Positions 11,140 to 22,649 are shown, counted from the stretch's first letter. The stretch: 64,000 nucleotides of DNA from Thermodesulfobacteriota bacterium (GCA_049320885.1 JBMORA010000009.1:160001-224000); one strand, 5' to 3'. The notes: generated from the letters alone by a model not told the origin. Numbers and translations are program-made.

Positions 11140-11712
11140 ATGGGTCGATTTCAGAAGAAATATATGGCATGGGCAGGCGTCTTCCTCAGTTTGCTTTTGT
11201 TTTACCAAACGGCGTTTTCAGCCGAAGCGGTGCTGAACAACCTGGTGGTGACCAATACTCGTGATGATCTGCTCCTGTACCTGGACGTGCAGGGGGCGTT
11301 CACCGCTGAAATGGAACAGGCGATTATAAATGGGGTGCCGGCTTCCTTTTCGTTTTTTATCAGTCTGTATCGAAAACGGACATTCTGGTTGAACGAGAGA
11401 ATAACGGAATTCAGCGTAACCCACACCGTCAAATACAACAATTTAAAAAAAGAATTTGTCGTGGCCCGTTCCTGGGATAAGGGTAAACCGGCCATTACCG
11501 ATTCTTTCGAGGAAATGCAGCGGCTGATGAGCGTTATTGAAGGACTGAAGGTCGTCCAGCTGAGTCAGCTGGAAAAAGGCTCCGAGTATGAACTCAAAGC
11601 CAAGGCGGAACTCAGCAAAATGACGCTGCCGCTGTATCTTCACCATGTTTTCTTTTTTGTTTCGTTATGGGATTTTGAAACAGACTGGTCTGCCATTTCG
11701 TTTGGTTATTGA
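11140..11712 (+). CDS. DUF4390-family exported protein
   Basis: Signal peptide, AIINGVP, W-rich C-terminus WDFETDW; typical position upstream of ntrY-like kinase. Confidence 0.75.
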   Translation: MGRFQKKYMAWAGVFLSLLLFYQTAFSAEAVLNNLVVTNTRDDLLLYLDVQGAFTAEMEQAIINGVPASFSFFISLYRKRTFWLNERITEFSVTHTVKYNNLKKEFVVARSWDKGKPAITDSFEEMQRLMSVIEGLKVVQLSQLEKGSEYELKAKAELSKMTLPLYLHHVFFFVSLWDFETDWSAISFGY

Positions 11713-11745
11713 CAGGCGGAATACGCCGGCGAGGCCTGACAATGA

Positions 11746-13995
11746 ATGATGACTCAGTTCAGACGAAAGCCAAAAAGACCTCCATTGTCCACGGACGAGC
11801 AGCGCCGCCGTAAGCGTGAGCTTATCCTGATCGCTGTCAGTCTTCTCTTCATAATCGTCCTCACGTTTGCGGAAACCCGCATCATCAAGTTCGGTGGAGA
11901 TTTCCCCATCTCCAATACGATCCTGATGTTCATTTTGATCAATATCAACGTGTTGCTTTTGATTTTGATCCTGTTTCTGGTGTTTCGCAATCTCGTCAAG
12001 CTGTTATACGACCGCAGACGGAAAGTCATGGGCGCCAAGCTGCGGACAAGGCTGGTGGTGGCCTTCATTGCCCTGTCCTTGCTGCCCACGACGGTGCTGT
12101 TCTTTTTTTCCCTCAATTTCATCACGGCCAGCATTGAATTCTGGTTCAATGTGCCGATTGAGCAGGCTCTTGAAAATTCTCTTACCGTGGGGCGCCACTT
12201 TTATCAGCACGTGGAAAAGAACAACATGTTTTTTCTGGAGAGGGCTGCCTACCAGATCCAGACCAAAAAATACACCCATGGGGAGAAGCAAAAGGAATTG
12301 TCCCGTTACATCCAGGTGGTGCAGCGGGAATTCAATCACGATCTGGTGGAAATCTACAGCGCCAAGGCCAACCGACTGGCCTATGCGATTTCCCCCCAGA
12401 TGGAGAACCGGTCATTCGCCACCGTGTCGCCCGATGATTTGCTGAAAGCGACTCCGCCGCCGGGGGTGCGCACCATCTCCGATGTCATCCCCGGCGGGGA
12501 ACTGATCCGGACCATCGGGACGGTGCCCTTCAATGTCGACCGGAACGCTGCGGAAGCCTTCGTGGTCATTTCCATGCTCATTCCGCGGGATCTTTCCGAC
12601 AACATGGCATCCATTTCAAGGGGCTTTGAGGAATACCAGCAGATCAAGATGCTGAAAACGCCGATTCAGACAACCTACTACATCACGCTGTCCATCGTGG
12701 CCTTGCTGGTGGTTTTCTGCGCGGTCTGGTTCGGCTTTTATTTGGCCAAATCCATCACCATTCCGATCATGGAGCTGGCCGAAGGGACCAGACGGGTGGC
12801 GGATGGAGATTTGAGTTTCAATATCGATCTGGTGGCCGATGACGAGATCGGCAGTCTCGTCGTATCGTTTAACAAGATGACGCGTGATTTGCGGGTAAGC
12901 CGGGAGCAGCTGGAGCTATCCGCCCGGACGCTCCATGACAAAAACGTGGAGATCGAAGAACGCCGCCAGTATATGGAAATTGTTCTCAAAAATGTTTCCG
13001 CCGGGGTCATTTCCCTGAACAAAAGCGGTTTGATTTCCACCATCAACAAATCGGCCGAACGCATGCTGTCGCTTCATCCGGATGACATTATCAAAAAGAG
13101 CTATAAAAATCTGCTCCAGGGACCCCACCTGGAGTTGGCCGACGAGATCGTGGACCGGCTCTCCAACTCGAGAAGCAGTTCCCTGGAAATGCCCTTCAAA
13201 CTTACCATCAGCGGCAGGCCGCGCAGTTTTCTGGTGCATCTGAACGCCCTCAAGGATGACGGGGGCCACCATCTGGGGATCGTCATGGTCATCGATGATC
13301 TCACGGAATTGGAAAAAGCCCAGCGCATGGCGGCCTGGCGGGAAGTCGCGCGGAGAATCGCCCATGAGGTGAAAAACCCGTTGACGCCCATTTCCCTGTC
13401 GGCCCAGCGCTTAAAGCGAAAATACGCCGCCCAGGTCAATGATCCGGTTTTTAACGAGTGTACCCAAATGATCATCGACCATGTGGATTTGATCCGTAAC
13501 CTGGTGAATGAGTTCTCCGCCTTTGCACGTTTTCCGGGCGCCAAACCGCTGCTGTGCGACTTGTTGCCGATCATCGAGGAGACCATTGCGCTTTACCGGG
13601 AGGGACATCCCAAAGTCCGTTTTGATATCGTTACGAACCATGAAATTCCCCGGCTGAACCTGGACCGGCAGCAGATCAAGCAGGCGATGATTAATCTGGT
13701 GGACAATGCGGTTGCCTCCATCGACCAGGACGGCAAGGTGACCGTAACCGTGAGTCATGACCCCATATTGGAAAAAGTCCGGCTCGAAGTCGCCGATTCC
13801 GGCAAGGGAATATCCGACAGTGAAAAAACCAGATTGTTCGAGCCGTATTTTTCCACCAAAAAAACCGGGATGGGGTTGGGGCTGACCATCGTCAGCACCA
13901 TTATCGCCGATCATGACGGCATGATCAGTGTTCAGGACAACAAACCCTGCGGGGCCAAATTTGTGGTGGAGCTTCCGGTGCCGAAATTCTCGTGA
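11746..13995 (+). CDS. ntrY: NtrY-like membrane sensor kinase (HAMP, PAS, HisKA, HATPase)
   Basis: KLRTRLV, SIEFWF, AQRMAAWREVARRIAHEVKNPLTPI, FEPYFSTK and GMGLGL motifs. Confidence 0.9.
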   Translation: MMTQFRRKPKRPPLSTDEQRRRKRELILIAVSLLFIIVLTFAETRIIKFGGDFPISNTILMFILININVLLLILILFLVFRNLVKLLYDRRRKVMGAKLRTRLVVAFIALSLLPTTVLFFFSLNFITASIEFWFNVPIEQALENSLTVGRHFYQHVEKNNMFFLERAAYQIQTKKYTHGEKQKELSRYIQVVQREFNHDLVEIYSAKANRLAYAISPQMENRSFATVSPDDLLKATPPPGVRTISDVIPGGELIRTIGTVPFNVDRNAAEAFVVISMLIPRDLSDNMASISRGFEEYQQIKMLKTPIQTTYYITLSIVALLVVFCAVWFGFYLAKSITIPIMELAEGTRRVADGDLSFNIDLVADDEIGSLVVSFNKMTRDLRVSREQLELSARTLHDKNVEIEERRQYMEIVLKNVSAGVISLNKSGLISTINKSAERMLSLHPDDIIKKSYKNLLQGPHLELADEIVDRLSNSRSSSLEMPFKLTISGRPRSFLVHLNALKDDGGHHLGIVMVIDDLTELEKAQRMAAWREVARRIAHEVKNPLTPISLSAQRLKRKYAAQVNDPVFNECTQMIIDHVDLIRNLVNEFSAFARFPGAKPLLCDLLPIIEETIALYREGHPKVRFDIVTNHEIPRLNLDRQQIKQAMINLVDNAVASIDQDGKVTVTVSHDPILEKVRLEVADSGKGISDSEKTRLFEPYFSTKKTGMGLGLTIVSTIIADHDGMISVQDNKPCGAKFVVELPVPKFS

Positions 13996-14039
13996 CCATC
14001 GGCTGCCCCGGCTGCCGCCGGTTGTGAAGGAGAGTTACT

Positions 14040-15407
14040 ATGTTTCCAACTGTATTAATTGTAGATGACGAGCAATCCATTGTCCAATCATTGAGCGGAC
14101 TGCTGTCCGACGAAGGCTTCGAGGTGCTCAGTGCCGCCAATGGATATGAAGCCCTCAAGATCATCGACACGGATGCGCCGGATTTGGTCCTGCTGGATAT
14201 CTGGATGCCCGGAATCGATGGCATCGAGACCCTGAAAGAGATCAAGAAGGTAACCCCCCATGTTCAGGTCATTATGATCACCGGTCACGGTACCATAGAA
14301 ACGGCGGTCAATGCCACCAAACTAGGGGCTTTTGATTTTATCGAAAAGCCGCTCTCCATCGACAAGGTGATCGTGGCGATCAACAATGCCTTGAATTTCC
14401 GGCGACTGGAGGAAGAAAACCGCTATCTGAGAAGAAAAACCATCGAAAAGCATTCCATTGACGGCAACAGTCCGCCGATTGTGGCGCTGAAACAGCAGAT
14501 CGCCATTGCCGCGCCCACGGATGCCTGGATTTTGATCACCGGAGAAAACGGAACCGGCAAGGAACTGGTGGCGCGGACCATTCACCAGCTCAGCCGGCGG
14601 TCCGAGGAACCGCTCATCGATGTGAACTGCGCCGCCATTCCGGAAGAATTAATTGAAATTGAATTGTTCGGTCACGAAAAAGGCGCCATTGCCGACGCCG
14701 CCACCAAGTCCCGCGGAAAATTCGAGATGGCCAACAAGGGAACGATCTTTCTGGATGAAATCGGCGACATGAGTCTGAAGATGCAGGCCAAGATTCTGCG
14801 GGTCCTCCAGGAGCAGACCTTCCAGCGGGTGGGCGGCAGCAGAAGACTGGAGGCGGATGTGCGCGTGATCGTGGCCAGCAATAAAGATCTGGAAAAAGAG
14901 ATCGAAGCCGGAAATTTTCGGGAGGATTTGTATTTCCGCTTGAATGTGATTCCCATCGAAGTTCCGCCCCTGCGGGAGCGCCTGGAAGATATTCCCGTAC
15001 TGGTGGAAACCTTTCTGGCCAAACTCGCCAGGCAGAATCGCAGCCGGGTCAAAAAACTTACGGAGGAGGCCCTTCGGGCACTGGCCTTTCACAGTTGGCC
15101 GGGCAATGTCCGGGAGCTGAAAAATCTGGTGGAGCGCCTGGTGATCATGGTGCCGGCGGATGAAATCGGCGTCATGGATCTTCCGGCGCCGTACAATCCG
15201 AACCTTGCGGAAAAAATGAATTCCGGGGATTCCCGGTTTTTTGCCATCCATCAGCTGAAGGATGCCAGGCTGGCATTTGAGGAGGAGTTTGTCAGGCGCA
15301 AATTGATGCTCAATTTGAACAACATCACCAAAACGGCCGAATCCATCGGGGTCGAACGGACCCATCTGCACAAAAAACTGAAAAAAATGGGTTTCGAGCG
15401 TTCATGA
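14040..15407 (+). CDS. ntrX: NtrX-like response regulator (REC-AAA+-Fis HTH)
   Basis: LDIWMP receiver, [24 protein letters not shown]-terminal HTH; GAFTGA loop reads GAIADA. Confidence 0.9.
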   Translation: MFPTVLIVDDEQSIVQSLSGLLSDEGFEVLSAANGYEALKIIDTDAPDLVLLDIWMPGIDGIETLKEIKKVTPHVQVIMITGHGTIETAVNATKLGAFDFIEKPLSIDKVIVAINNALNFRRLEEENRYLRRKTIEKHSIDGNSPPIVALKQQIAIAAPTDAWILITGENGTGKELVARTIHQLSRRSEEPLIDVNCAAIPEELIEIELFGHEKGAIADAATKSRGKFEMANKGTIFLDEIGDMSLKMQAKILRVLQEQTFQRVGGSRRLEADVRVIVASNKDLEKEIEAGNFREDLYFRLNVIPIEVPPLRERLEDIPVLVETFLAKLARQNRSRVKKLTEEALRALAFHSWPGNVRELKNLVERLVIMVPADEIGVMDLPAPYNPNLAEKMNSGDSRFFAIHQLKDARLAFEEEFVRRKLMLNLNNITKTAESIGVERTHLHKKLKKMGFERS

Positions 15408-15967
15408 GTGTGCGGATCATTGCGGGTACAGCCAAAGGCAGAAAACTGCTGACCGCCGGCGGATGGAAGACCCGGCCCACTGCCAACCGGGCCCGGGAAG
15501 CCATCTTCAACATCATCTCGGCAAAGTTGAAAGAAGCGGTGGTTCTGGATCTATTCGCCGGCACGGGCGCTTTCGGTATCGAGGCCCTCAGTCGCGGCGC
15601 CGCTTTCGCCCTGTTCATCGACAATGACCGCCAGGCCCTTGCGTTGATTGAAAAAAATGTGCATTCATGTTACATGGAATCCCGTTCCAGATTGATTGGC
15701 TGGAACATCCTGAAAAATCTGGAATGCATCCGGGCGGCGGCTCCTCCCTTCAACCTGGTTTTCATGGACCCGCCATATGGCCGCAATTATGTAGAAGTCA
15801 CCCTGCGCCATCTGGATGCGGCGGGGGCCTTGGAAAAAGGCGCTGTCATCGTCATTGAGCATGACCATTCCGACCCGCTGCCGGGAGACATCCCCGGGTA
15901 CATCGTATATGATCAGCGGCGGTACGGTCGCGCCATGGTTACGTTCGCGAGGCATGGCGGCGGTTGA
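15404..15967 (+). CDS. rsmD: 16S rRNA (guanine966-N2)-methyltransferase
   Basis: RIIAG, TRPT, LDLFAGTG, EALSRGA, DPPY; upstream of coaD. Confidence 0.93.
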   Translation: MSVRIIAGTAKGRKLLTAGGWKTRPTANRAREAIFNIISAKLKEAVVLDLFAGTGAFGIEALSRGAAFALFIDNDRQALALIEKNVHSCYMESRSRLIGWNILKNLECIRAAAPPFNLVFMDPPYGRNYVEVTLRHLDAAGALEKGAVIVIEHDHSDPLPGDIPGYIVYDQRRYGRAMVTFARHGGG

Positions 15968-16062
15968 GACCGAAGCGGAACTGGAGGCAACCGGGCCGTC
16001 ACGATGATCATGGGCATGGCGGATTGCCCAATCTCGTTCGATTTAAGCAAAGGTGGATGCGG

Positions 16063-16554
16063 ATGGACAAAAAAACAGCTATATATCCCGGATCATTTGA
16101 CCCGTTGACCAACGGCCATATGGATATCATCAAGCGGGGTCTGCGCATGTTTGACAAAATCATCGTGGCGATCCTGCACAATCCTGCAAAACAGGCCCTG
16201 TTCACCATCGAGGAACGGATGGAAATGCTGAAGGAGAGCCTGAAAGGGCATGGGAACATTGAAATCGATTCCTTCCAGGGCCTGCTGGTGGATTATGCGG
16301 TTCAAAAGCGGGCCTGCGCCATTTTGCGAGGCATGCGCGCCGTGTCCGATTTTGAATACGAATTCCAGATGGCCCTCATGAACCGTCGGCTCAATCGGGA
16401 TGTTCAAACCGTTTTTTTAATGACCGGACTGCGCTGGATTTTCACAAGCTCTTCCATTATCAAGGAAGCGGCCCGGTTCGGCGGCAATATCGACGGTATG
16501 GTGCCGGCCATCGTGAGTCAAAAGGTAAAGGAAAAATTCAACGGCAAGTTCTGA
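16063..16554 (+). CDS. coaD: Pantetheine-phosphate adenylyltransferase
   Basis: YPGSFDPLTNGH, RGMRAVSDFEYE, SSSIIKE; start moved to ATG 16063. Confidence 0.96.
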   Translation: MDKKTAIYPGSFDPLTNGHMDIIKRGLRMFDKIIVAILHNPAKQALFTIEERMEMLKESLKGHGNIEIDSFQGLLVDYAVQKRACAILRGMRAVSDFEYEFQMALMNRRLNRDVQTVFLMTGLRWIFTSSSIIKEAARFGGNIDGMVPAIVSQKVKEKFNGKF

Positions 16555-17483
16555 TGGATCTCTGGCAGCTCCACATTTTCCGCAAGGTCATCGACCACCG
16601 CAGCTTTTCAAAAGCCGCCGAGGCGGTTAACCTTTCCCAGCCGACGGTCAGCAGTCACATCAAATACCTGGAAGATCATTTCGGGTGCCGGCTGCTGGAT
16701 CGGCTTGGCAAGGAAGTCCTGCCCACCAAGGCCGGCGAGTTGCTGTACGGCTATGCGACCCGGCTCCTGGTCTTTCGGGATGAAATGGAGACCGCCCTGG
16801 CCGGGTTTCAGGGGGTCATCAAGGGCCGGCTGAACATCGGCGGGAGCACCATTCCGGGCGGATACATCCTGCCCCGTCTGATCGGACCGTTTGTCAGGGA
16901 GCACCGGGAGGTGACGGTGTCCATCCGGATCAGCGACACCCAGACCATCCTGGGTGAGGTGGCCGCCGGAGAGCTGGAAATGGGTATTGTGGGGGCGGAG
17001 GTGGACGATAAGCGAATTCGGCAGGACAGGCTGATCGAGGACGAGATGAAGCTGGTGGTCCCGGCCAATCACCCCTGGGCGAAAAGAAACCAAGTCAGTC
17101 CGGCGCTTTTGTCCCGGGAACCGTTCATCGTCCGCGAAAAGGGCTCCGGAACGTTGAAATCCATCCAGGCCTGCATGGCGGCAGGCGGACACCGCATGGA
17201 GGAATTGCATGTCGTGGCTGAAATGGGCAGCACCACGGCTGTTTGTCAGGGCATCAAGAACGGAATCGGCGTCTCCATCCTTTCGCCCATCGCCGTGGAG
17301 GAGGAACTGCGCCTGGGTACGCTGAAAGCGCTCGATGTCGAGGGCTGGAACCTGCGGCGTAACTTCTATCTCACCCGGCATCGGCAGCGAACCGCTTCGC
17401 CGTTGTGTCAGTTGTTTATCCGATTTATTGAAAAAGCCAGCGCCGGGCTGCTGCTTTCGCCAACAGCGCCGCAGCCGGAATAG
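16554..17483 (+). CDS. LysR-family transcriptional regulator (CysL-like)
   Basis: SFSKAA-LSQPTVS HTH, STIPGGYILP, REKGSGT; TGATG coupling with coaD. Confidence 0.9.
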   Translation: MDLWQLHIFRKVIDHRSFSKAAEAVNLSQPTVSSHIKYLEDHFGCRLLDRLGKEVLPTKAGELLYGYATRLLVFRDEMETALAGFQGVIKGRLNIGGSTIPGGYILPRLIGPFVREHREVTVSIRISDTQTILGEVAAGELEMGIVGAEVDDKRIRQDRLIEDEMKLVVPANHPWAKRNQVSPALLSREPFIVREKGSGTLKSIQACMAAGGHRMEELHVVAEMGSTTAVCQGIKNGIGVSILSPIAVEEELRLGTLKALDVEGWNLRRNFYLTRHRQRTASPLCQLFIRFIEKASAGLLLSPTAPQPE

Positions 17484-17498
17484 CGGAAGCCGCCGGGT

Positions 17499-18155
17499 TT
17501 ATTCCCGCCAACCGTGCTCGCCGATGAGCTTGACAAATCGGCATCCTCCCAGATTTCGAGTCTGAATGCCGTTGTCATTCTTGACCAACTTGATGAGGTC
17601 CTGTGTGTGCTGGTCGCCGACGGGCATGACCAGGCGGCCGCCCGGGGCCAGTTGTTCCACCAGGGTCGCCGGGATTTTCGGTGATCCGGCGGTGACGATG
17701 ATGGCGTCAAACGGACTTTCCTCTTTCCAGCCCGATGTCCCATCCGAATAACGGGTGACGATATTATGGTAGCGAAGCGTATCGAATAATTGCCGCGCCT
17801 TCACCAGCAGGGAATGCTTTCGTTCGATGGTGTAGACCCGGTAGGCAATGCTGGCCAGGATCGCCGCCTGATAGCCGGACCCGGTTCCGATTTCCAGCAC
17901 CCGATCTTCGGGGTTCAGTTCCAGGGCCTGGGTCATTTCGGCAACGATATATGGCTGCGAGATGGTCTGTTGTTCGCCGATGGGAAGCGGAAAATCGCCA
18001 TAGGCCTGGTCCATCAGGGCCTCGCTTACGAAGAGGTGCCGGGGGACTTTTCGCATGGCATCCAAAACATGCCGGTCCGTTATGTCACGCCTTTCAATCT
18101 GTTCCCGGACCATTTCCTCCCGGCGGCGCTGGTATTTTATCTCATCTTTATGCAT
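17499..18155 (-). CDS. pcm: Protein-L-isoaspartate O-methyltransferase
   Basis: VPRHLFV, QTISQPYIVA, VLEIGTGSGYQAA, PFDAIIVTA. Confidence 0.96.
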   Translation of the reverse strand: MHKDEIKYQRRREEMVREQIERRDITDRHVLDAMRKVPRHLFVSEALMDQAYGDFPLPIGEQQTISQPYIVAEMTQALELNPEDRVLEIGTGSGYQAAILASIAYRVYTIERKHSLLVKARQLFDTLRYHNIVTRYSDGTSGWKEESPFDAIIVTAGSPKIPATLVEQLAPGGRLVMPVGDQHTQDLIKLVKNDNGIQTRNLGGCRFVKLIGEHGWRE

Positions 18156-18742
18156 CAGATTTTATAGATTATGCGGGTGTCGGTGATGATGATGTCCACA
18201 TATTTGTCGTGGCTTTCCATGGGGACATGCGGAATGATTTGTTTCTCAAACGCCAGAGCTACCTTACGGGTCGTTATGGGCAATTTGGGCATCAAGCGGT
18301 CGTAATATCCGTCACCGGTTCCAAGACGACCGCCTTTTTCATCGAAAGCCAGTCCCGGTACAATGGCGATGTCAATACAATCGATGGGGATGCGTTTGCA
18401 TCTCCCGGGATCCGGCTCCAGGTACCCCTGGGGGCCGACGATCAAATCCGATTTGATATTGTCGATTTTCATCGGTATCATCTCCCGTTGATCCGCATCG
18501 AAGGTCGGCAGGGCGATGATCTTTTGATTCGCCAGACCGCGCTGGATGATTTTCCGGGTATCCACTTCCGCGCTCCGATTGGTGAACAACAGTGCGATGT
18601 TGGCCTCCATGAAATTGGCAAAGCCGAACAGACTGTCCTCAAGCTTCCGCATGCTTTTGGTTTTTTCCGCCTCCGGCATGGACTCGATCCTTGCGATCAT
18701 TTCTTTTCGAATTTCGTTTTTTTTCTCTCGTATATCCTCCAT
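18155..18742 (-). CDS. 5-formyltetrahydrofolate cyclo-ligase
   Basis: KNEIRK N-terminus, IVPGLAFD, RLGTGDGYYDR, HDKYVDIIIT; start moved to ATG 18742. Confidence 0.92.
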   Translation of the reverse strand: MEDIREKKNEIRKEMIARIESMPEAEKTKSMRKLEDSLFGFANFMEANIALLFTNRSAEVDTRKIIQRGLANQKIIALPTFDADQREMIPMKIDNIKSDLIVGPQGYLEPDPGRCKRIPIDCIDIAIVPGLAFDEKGGRLGTGDGYYDRLMPKLPITTRKVALAFEKQIIPHVPMESHDKYVDIIITDTRIIYKI

Positions 18743-18999
18743 AAGCCCTCTCCGGATCTTCCAGGTTTTCCGAGGTATGATCGGCAATAAAATAGGGGAA
18801 ATATGCTCTTCCGACCTCCCGGTAGTCAACTCGCAACTCGTAATAATTATTGACCAAAAAAATTATGCATGATAATTTCCCCGATTACGCCGAATGATAA
18901 GGCGGTGAAGATGCGTCCCGACGCCGATCCGACGCTGGTAGCGTAAATCGACAAACCTATCAAACAAATATATGCAAAATTGTCAATATAGGTACTGTT

Positions 19000-20274
19000 A
19001 TGCTGGAAATCAAGTGGATAAGAAATAATTTTTCCAAGTTGGAAAAAGCTCTGAGAGATCGGAACAATCCGTTGGATGTGGAACCGCTGAAGCGCAGCGA
19101 TGCGGAACGCAGGGGATTCATGCTGGAAATCGATGAGTTGCGTCATCGGCGCAATACCGTTTCGGATCAAATCGCTGACATGAAAAAAAAGGGGGAGAAC
19201 GCGGATGGGTTGATGGCGGAAATGCGCGACGTGTCCTCCCGGATCAAGACACTGGAGAAGCAGCTTGCTGAGAATGAGACGGAATTGAACGCGGTGTTAT
19301 TGGAGATACCCAATATTCCACATGAATCCGTTCCGGTGGGCAGAAATGAAACCGAGAATAAGGTGGAAAAATCCGTCGGCCGGCCCCGGGTGTTTGAGAA
19401 CGAACCGTTGCCCCATTGGACCATCGGCGAACGCTTGAAAATCTTTGATTTTGAAAGGGCGGCCCGGATTACGGGCGCGCGTTTCCCGCTGTATCTGGGC
19501 CTTGGCGCCAGGTTGGAAAGGGCGCTGATTAATTTTATGCTGGATATCCATACCAGGGAACATGGATATCGCGAAGTTCTGCCACCTTTCATGGTGAATC
19601 GGGCCACCATGACCCACACCGGCCAGCTGCCCAAATTTGCGGCCGACCTGTTCAAGATCGAGGGCTGGGAGTATTTTTTAATCCCCACGGCCGAGGTGCC
19701 GGTTACCAATATCCATCAGGATGAAATTCTGGATGAGGAAGCCCTGCCCATCCTGTATACGGCTTATACCCCCTGTTTCCGGTCCGAAGCCGGTTCCTAT
19801 GGCAAGGATACCCGGGGGCTGATTCGCCAGCACCAGTTCAACAAGGTTGAACTGGTCAAATTCACATTGCCGGAAACATCCTATGACGAGCTGGAAAGCC
19901 TGCTGGCGAATGCCGAAACCATTCTGGAACGGCTTGGGCTACCCTACCGGGTGATATCCCTGTGCACCGGGGATCTGGGTTTTTCGGCAGCCAAGACCTA
20001 TGACCTTGAAGTCTGGATGCCTTCCCAGGGCGTATATCGGGAGATTTCCTCGTGCAGCAATTTTGAGGATTTTCAAGCCAGGCGCGGCAATATCCGTTTT
20101 CGCAGAAAAGGAAAAAAGGGAACGGAGCTGGTGCATACGCTGAACGGCTCCGGACTGGCAGTGGGCCGAACAGTCGCGGCAATTCTGGAAAACAATCAGC
20201 AGTCCGACGGTTCCGTGGTCATTCCGGAAGCCCTGAGACCGTATATGCACGGACTGGAGAGCATAACGCCATGA
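19000..20274 (+). CDS. serS: Serine--tRNA ligase
   Basis: N-terminal coiled coil, [44 protein letters not shown]. Confidence 0.98.
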   Translation: MLEIKWIRNNFSKLEKALRDRNNPLDVEPLKRSDAERRGFMLEIDELRHRRNTVSDQIADMKKKGENADGLMAEMRDVSSRIKTLEKQLAENETELNAVLLEIPNIPHESVPVGRNETENKVEKSVGRPRVFENEPLPHWTIGERLKIFDFERAARITGARFPLYLGLGARLERALINFMLDIHTREHGYREVLPPFMVNRATMTHTGQLPKFAADLFKIEGWEYFLIPTAEVPVTNIHQDEILDEEALPILYTAYTPCFRSEAGSYGKDTRGLIRQHQFNKVELVKFTLPETSYDELESLLANAETILERLGLPYRVISLCTGDLGFSAAKTYDLEVWMPSQGVYREISSCSNFEDFQARRGNIRFRRKGKKGTELVHTLNGSGLAVGRTVAAILENNQQSDGSVVIPEALRPYMHGLESITP

Positions 20275-21773
20275 ACAACGATTTGGTTCCGAAAGATATC
20301 CATAAGGATCTGGTGCCCCTGCCGGCCGGAAAAATGATGTATCGGTGTCTGGGTTGCGCTGGAGAATTCGGCATTGAGCAGCTGCTGTACACCTGCCCGG
20401 ATTGCGGCCAGGTGCTGATGCTGGTTGACGCGCAGTTCGACCGGTTGAAAGCGGTTCCCGCCGAGCGGTGGCAACGGATTTTCGATTACCGCAAGCTGAC
20501 CCGGAATCCGGCATTGAAAGGCATTTACCGGTATCACGAATTCATCGGCCCGGTCCTGCCGCTCTCCTCCATCATTTACCTGGGGGAAGGGCATACCCCC
20601 ATGATTGAGGCCAACGGCCGTTTACAGGAAATGGCGGGTATGCGGTTTTTTTATAAAAATGACGGCCAAAACCCCAGCGCCTCCTTCAAGGATCGGGGAA
20701 TGGCCAGCGCCATGAGTTATATCAACTATTTGATTCAGGATGGAAAAGCCAGGGACGTACTGGCCATCTGCGCCTCCACCGGGGATACGTCGGCGGCGGC
20801 GGCCTTGTATGCCGCCTACATGCAGCCAGCGGTCAAGTCGGCCGTGCTGCTGCCCCACAAAAAAGTGACACCGCAACAATTGTCCCAACCCCTGGGCAGC
20901 GGGGCGACCGTTTTTGAAATTCCGGGGGTTTTCGATGATTGCATGAAGGTCGTGGAAGCCTTGTCGGAACAATACAATGTGGCCTTGTTGAATTCCAAGA
21001 ATGCCTGGCGGATTCTGGGCCAGGAATCCTATTCATATGAAATCGCCCAGGAATTCAATTACGATGTTTCCGCCGTGGTGGTGGTGGTGCCCATCGGCAA
21101 TGCCGGCAACATCACCGCCGTGATCAATGGCTTTCTGAAATGGCACGCCGCCGGCATTATCCGGGAGCTTCCGAAAATCGTCGGCGTGCAATCCGAACAT
21201 GCCGACCCCGTATTCCGATACTATCGCGAACCGGATGCCGCCAAGCGGCAGTTCGTACCCGTGACCGTTCAACCCAGCGTGGCCCAGGCCGCCATGATTG
21301 GGAATCCGGTTTCCATGCCCCGGGTGATTCATCTGGTGGATCAATACAACGCGGCGGCAGGCCGGCAGAAAATTCATTTTGTCCAGGTTTCGGAACAGGC
21401 GATCATGGATTGGGAGCTACAAGCCAACCGCAACGGGCATATCGCCTGCACCCATGGAGGGGAAACCTTGGCAGGGTTGGTTGCGGCAAAGGCCGGCGGC
21501 TGTATCGAAGACCATGAAGTCGCGGTGATCGATTCGACGGCCCATGCCCTGAAATTCTCCGGTTTCCAGCAACTGTATTTTGACAATCAGTTCCCCGAGG
21601 CCTACCGGATTTCACCGAACCCGGATTTGATCAATGCTCCCTTGTATATCCGGCCCGATGACCTGAAACAAATACCGGAAGCCGGACAACCCCTTGATCC
21701 TGAATCCTTTGGCCTTTTTGTCCGCCGGGTTTCCGAGGAAATCGCCTCGGTTCTCAAACTGCGGGCCAAATGA
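20271..21773 (+). CDS. thrC: Threonine synthase
   Basis: N-terminal CxxC...Cxx[18 protein letters not shown] (PLP Lys), [23 protein letters not shown]. Confidence 0.92.
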   Translation: MNNDLVPKDIHKDLVPLPAGKMMYRCLGCAGEFGIEQLLYTCPDCGQVLMLVDAQFDRLKAVPAERWQRIFDYRKLTRNPALKGIYRYHEFIGPVLPLSSIIYLGEGHTPMIEANGRLQEMAGMRFFYKNDGQNPSASFKDRGMASAMSYINYLIQDGKARDVLAICASTGDTSAAAALYAAYMQPAVKSAVLLPHKKVTPQQLSQPLGSGATVFEIPGVFDDCMKVVEALSEQYNVALLNSKNAWRILGQESYSYEIAQEFNYDVSAVVVVVPIGNAGNITAVINGFLKWHAAGIIRELPKIVGVQSEHADPVFRYYREPDAAKRQFVPVTVQPSVAQAAMIGNPVSMPRVIHLVDQYNAAAGRQKIHFVQVSEQAIMDWELQANRNGHIACTHGGETLAGLVAAKAGGCIEDHEVAVIDSTAHALKFSGFQQLYFDNQFPEAYRISPNPDLINAPLYIRPDDLKQIPEAGQPLDPESFGLFVRRVSEEIASVLKLRAK

Positions 21774-21838
21774 CGTATTCCGATTCGAGGACCGCTGCGA
21801 CCGGTTCCGGCATTCCGAAATGGAGAAGTGAGGGTGTA

Positions 21839-22594
21839 ATGGAAAGGGCTCGAAAATCGATCTGGATACTCCTGGCTGTCGCCATTTGCATGGCGGCATG
21901 CGCCACGAGTTCACAAGTGAGCACCAAAAAGCGGGCCGAGGCCAAACGGCGCCTTGGTATTGCCTATATGGCGGAGGGCAAGGACGCCGCCGCGTTCAAG
22001 GAACTGTCGGAAGCGCAGAAATTGAATCCGGATGATCCCAATGTATATTACGCCCTCGGCATTTTTTATTTTAATAAGGAGAAATACGACAAGGCCATCG
22101 AATCCTACAACAAATGCCTGGAGCTGGAGCCGAATTTCGCTCCCGTGCGCAACAATCTGGGACTCGCGTATCTGGCCAAGGGGGAATATGATACGGCCAT
22201 CGTCCATTTCAAAGAGCTGACCGAGAACTACATCTATGGCACCCCCCACTACCCCCTGTACGGCCTTGGCCGCGCCTATTATCTCAAAGAGGAGTATGTC
22301 GAGTCGGAGAAGTATTTTCAAAAGGCTCTGGACCTTGAACCGAAATACACACCCGCCATGCTGGGCCTTGGACGGATTTATATTCAAACCGGAAAACCGG
22401 AACAGGCCATCGCCGTTCTCCAGAAGGGCATCGAGATAGAACCCAAATACGCTGAATTGCATTTTGAATTGGCCAAGGCCCTGGCCCTGACGCATCAGAA
22501 AAAAAACGCCTTGCGGTCCCTGGAAAAAGTCATTGAACTCAAACCGGACAGCGCCATGGCCAAAGAAGCGAAAGAACTGTTGCGGAAACGATGA
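21839..22594 (+). CDS. TPR lipoprotein (PilF/PilW-like)
   Basis: Lipobox MAA-C followed by multiple TPR repeats (NNLGLAYL, YGLGRAYY); start at ATG 21839. Confidence 0.82.
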   Translation: MERARKSIWILLAVAICMAACATSSQVSTKKRAEAKRRLGIAYMAEGKDAAAFKELSEAQKLNPDDPNVYYALGIFYFNKEKYDKAIESYNKCLELEPNFAPVRNNLGLAYLAKGEYDTAIVHFKELTENYIYGTPHYPLYGLGRAYYLKEEYVESEKYFQKALDLEPKYTPAMLGLGRIYIQTGKPEQAIAVLQKGIEIEPKYAELHFELAKALALTHQKKNALRSLEKVIELKPDSAMAKEAKELLRKR

Positions 22595-22649
22595 AAACAC
22601 CGCCTGCCATCACCCCAATGACGCGAAGGGACGGAAAATCCATACTTCC

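Noticed and set aside
18743..18999. Possible 6S RNA upstream of the 5-formyl-THF cyclo-ligase; CGATTACGC...GCGTAAATCG could pair
   Set aside because: Pairing covers only about 70 nt with no long rod and central bubble, and the region must hold divergent promoters. An Rfam scan would settle it.
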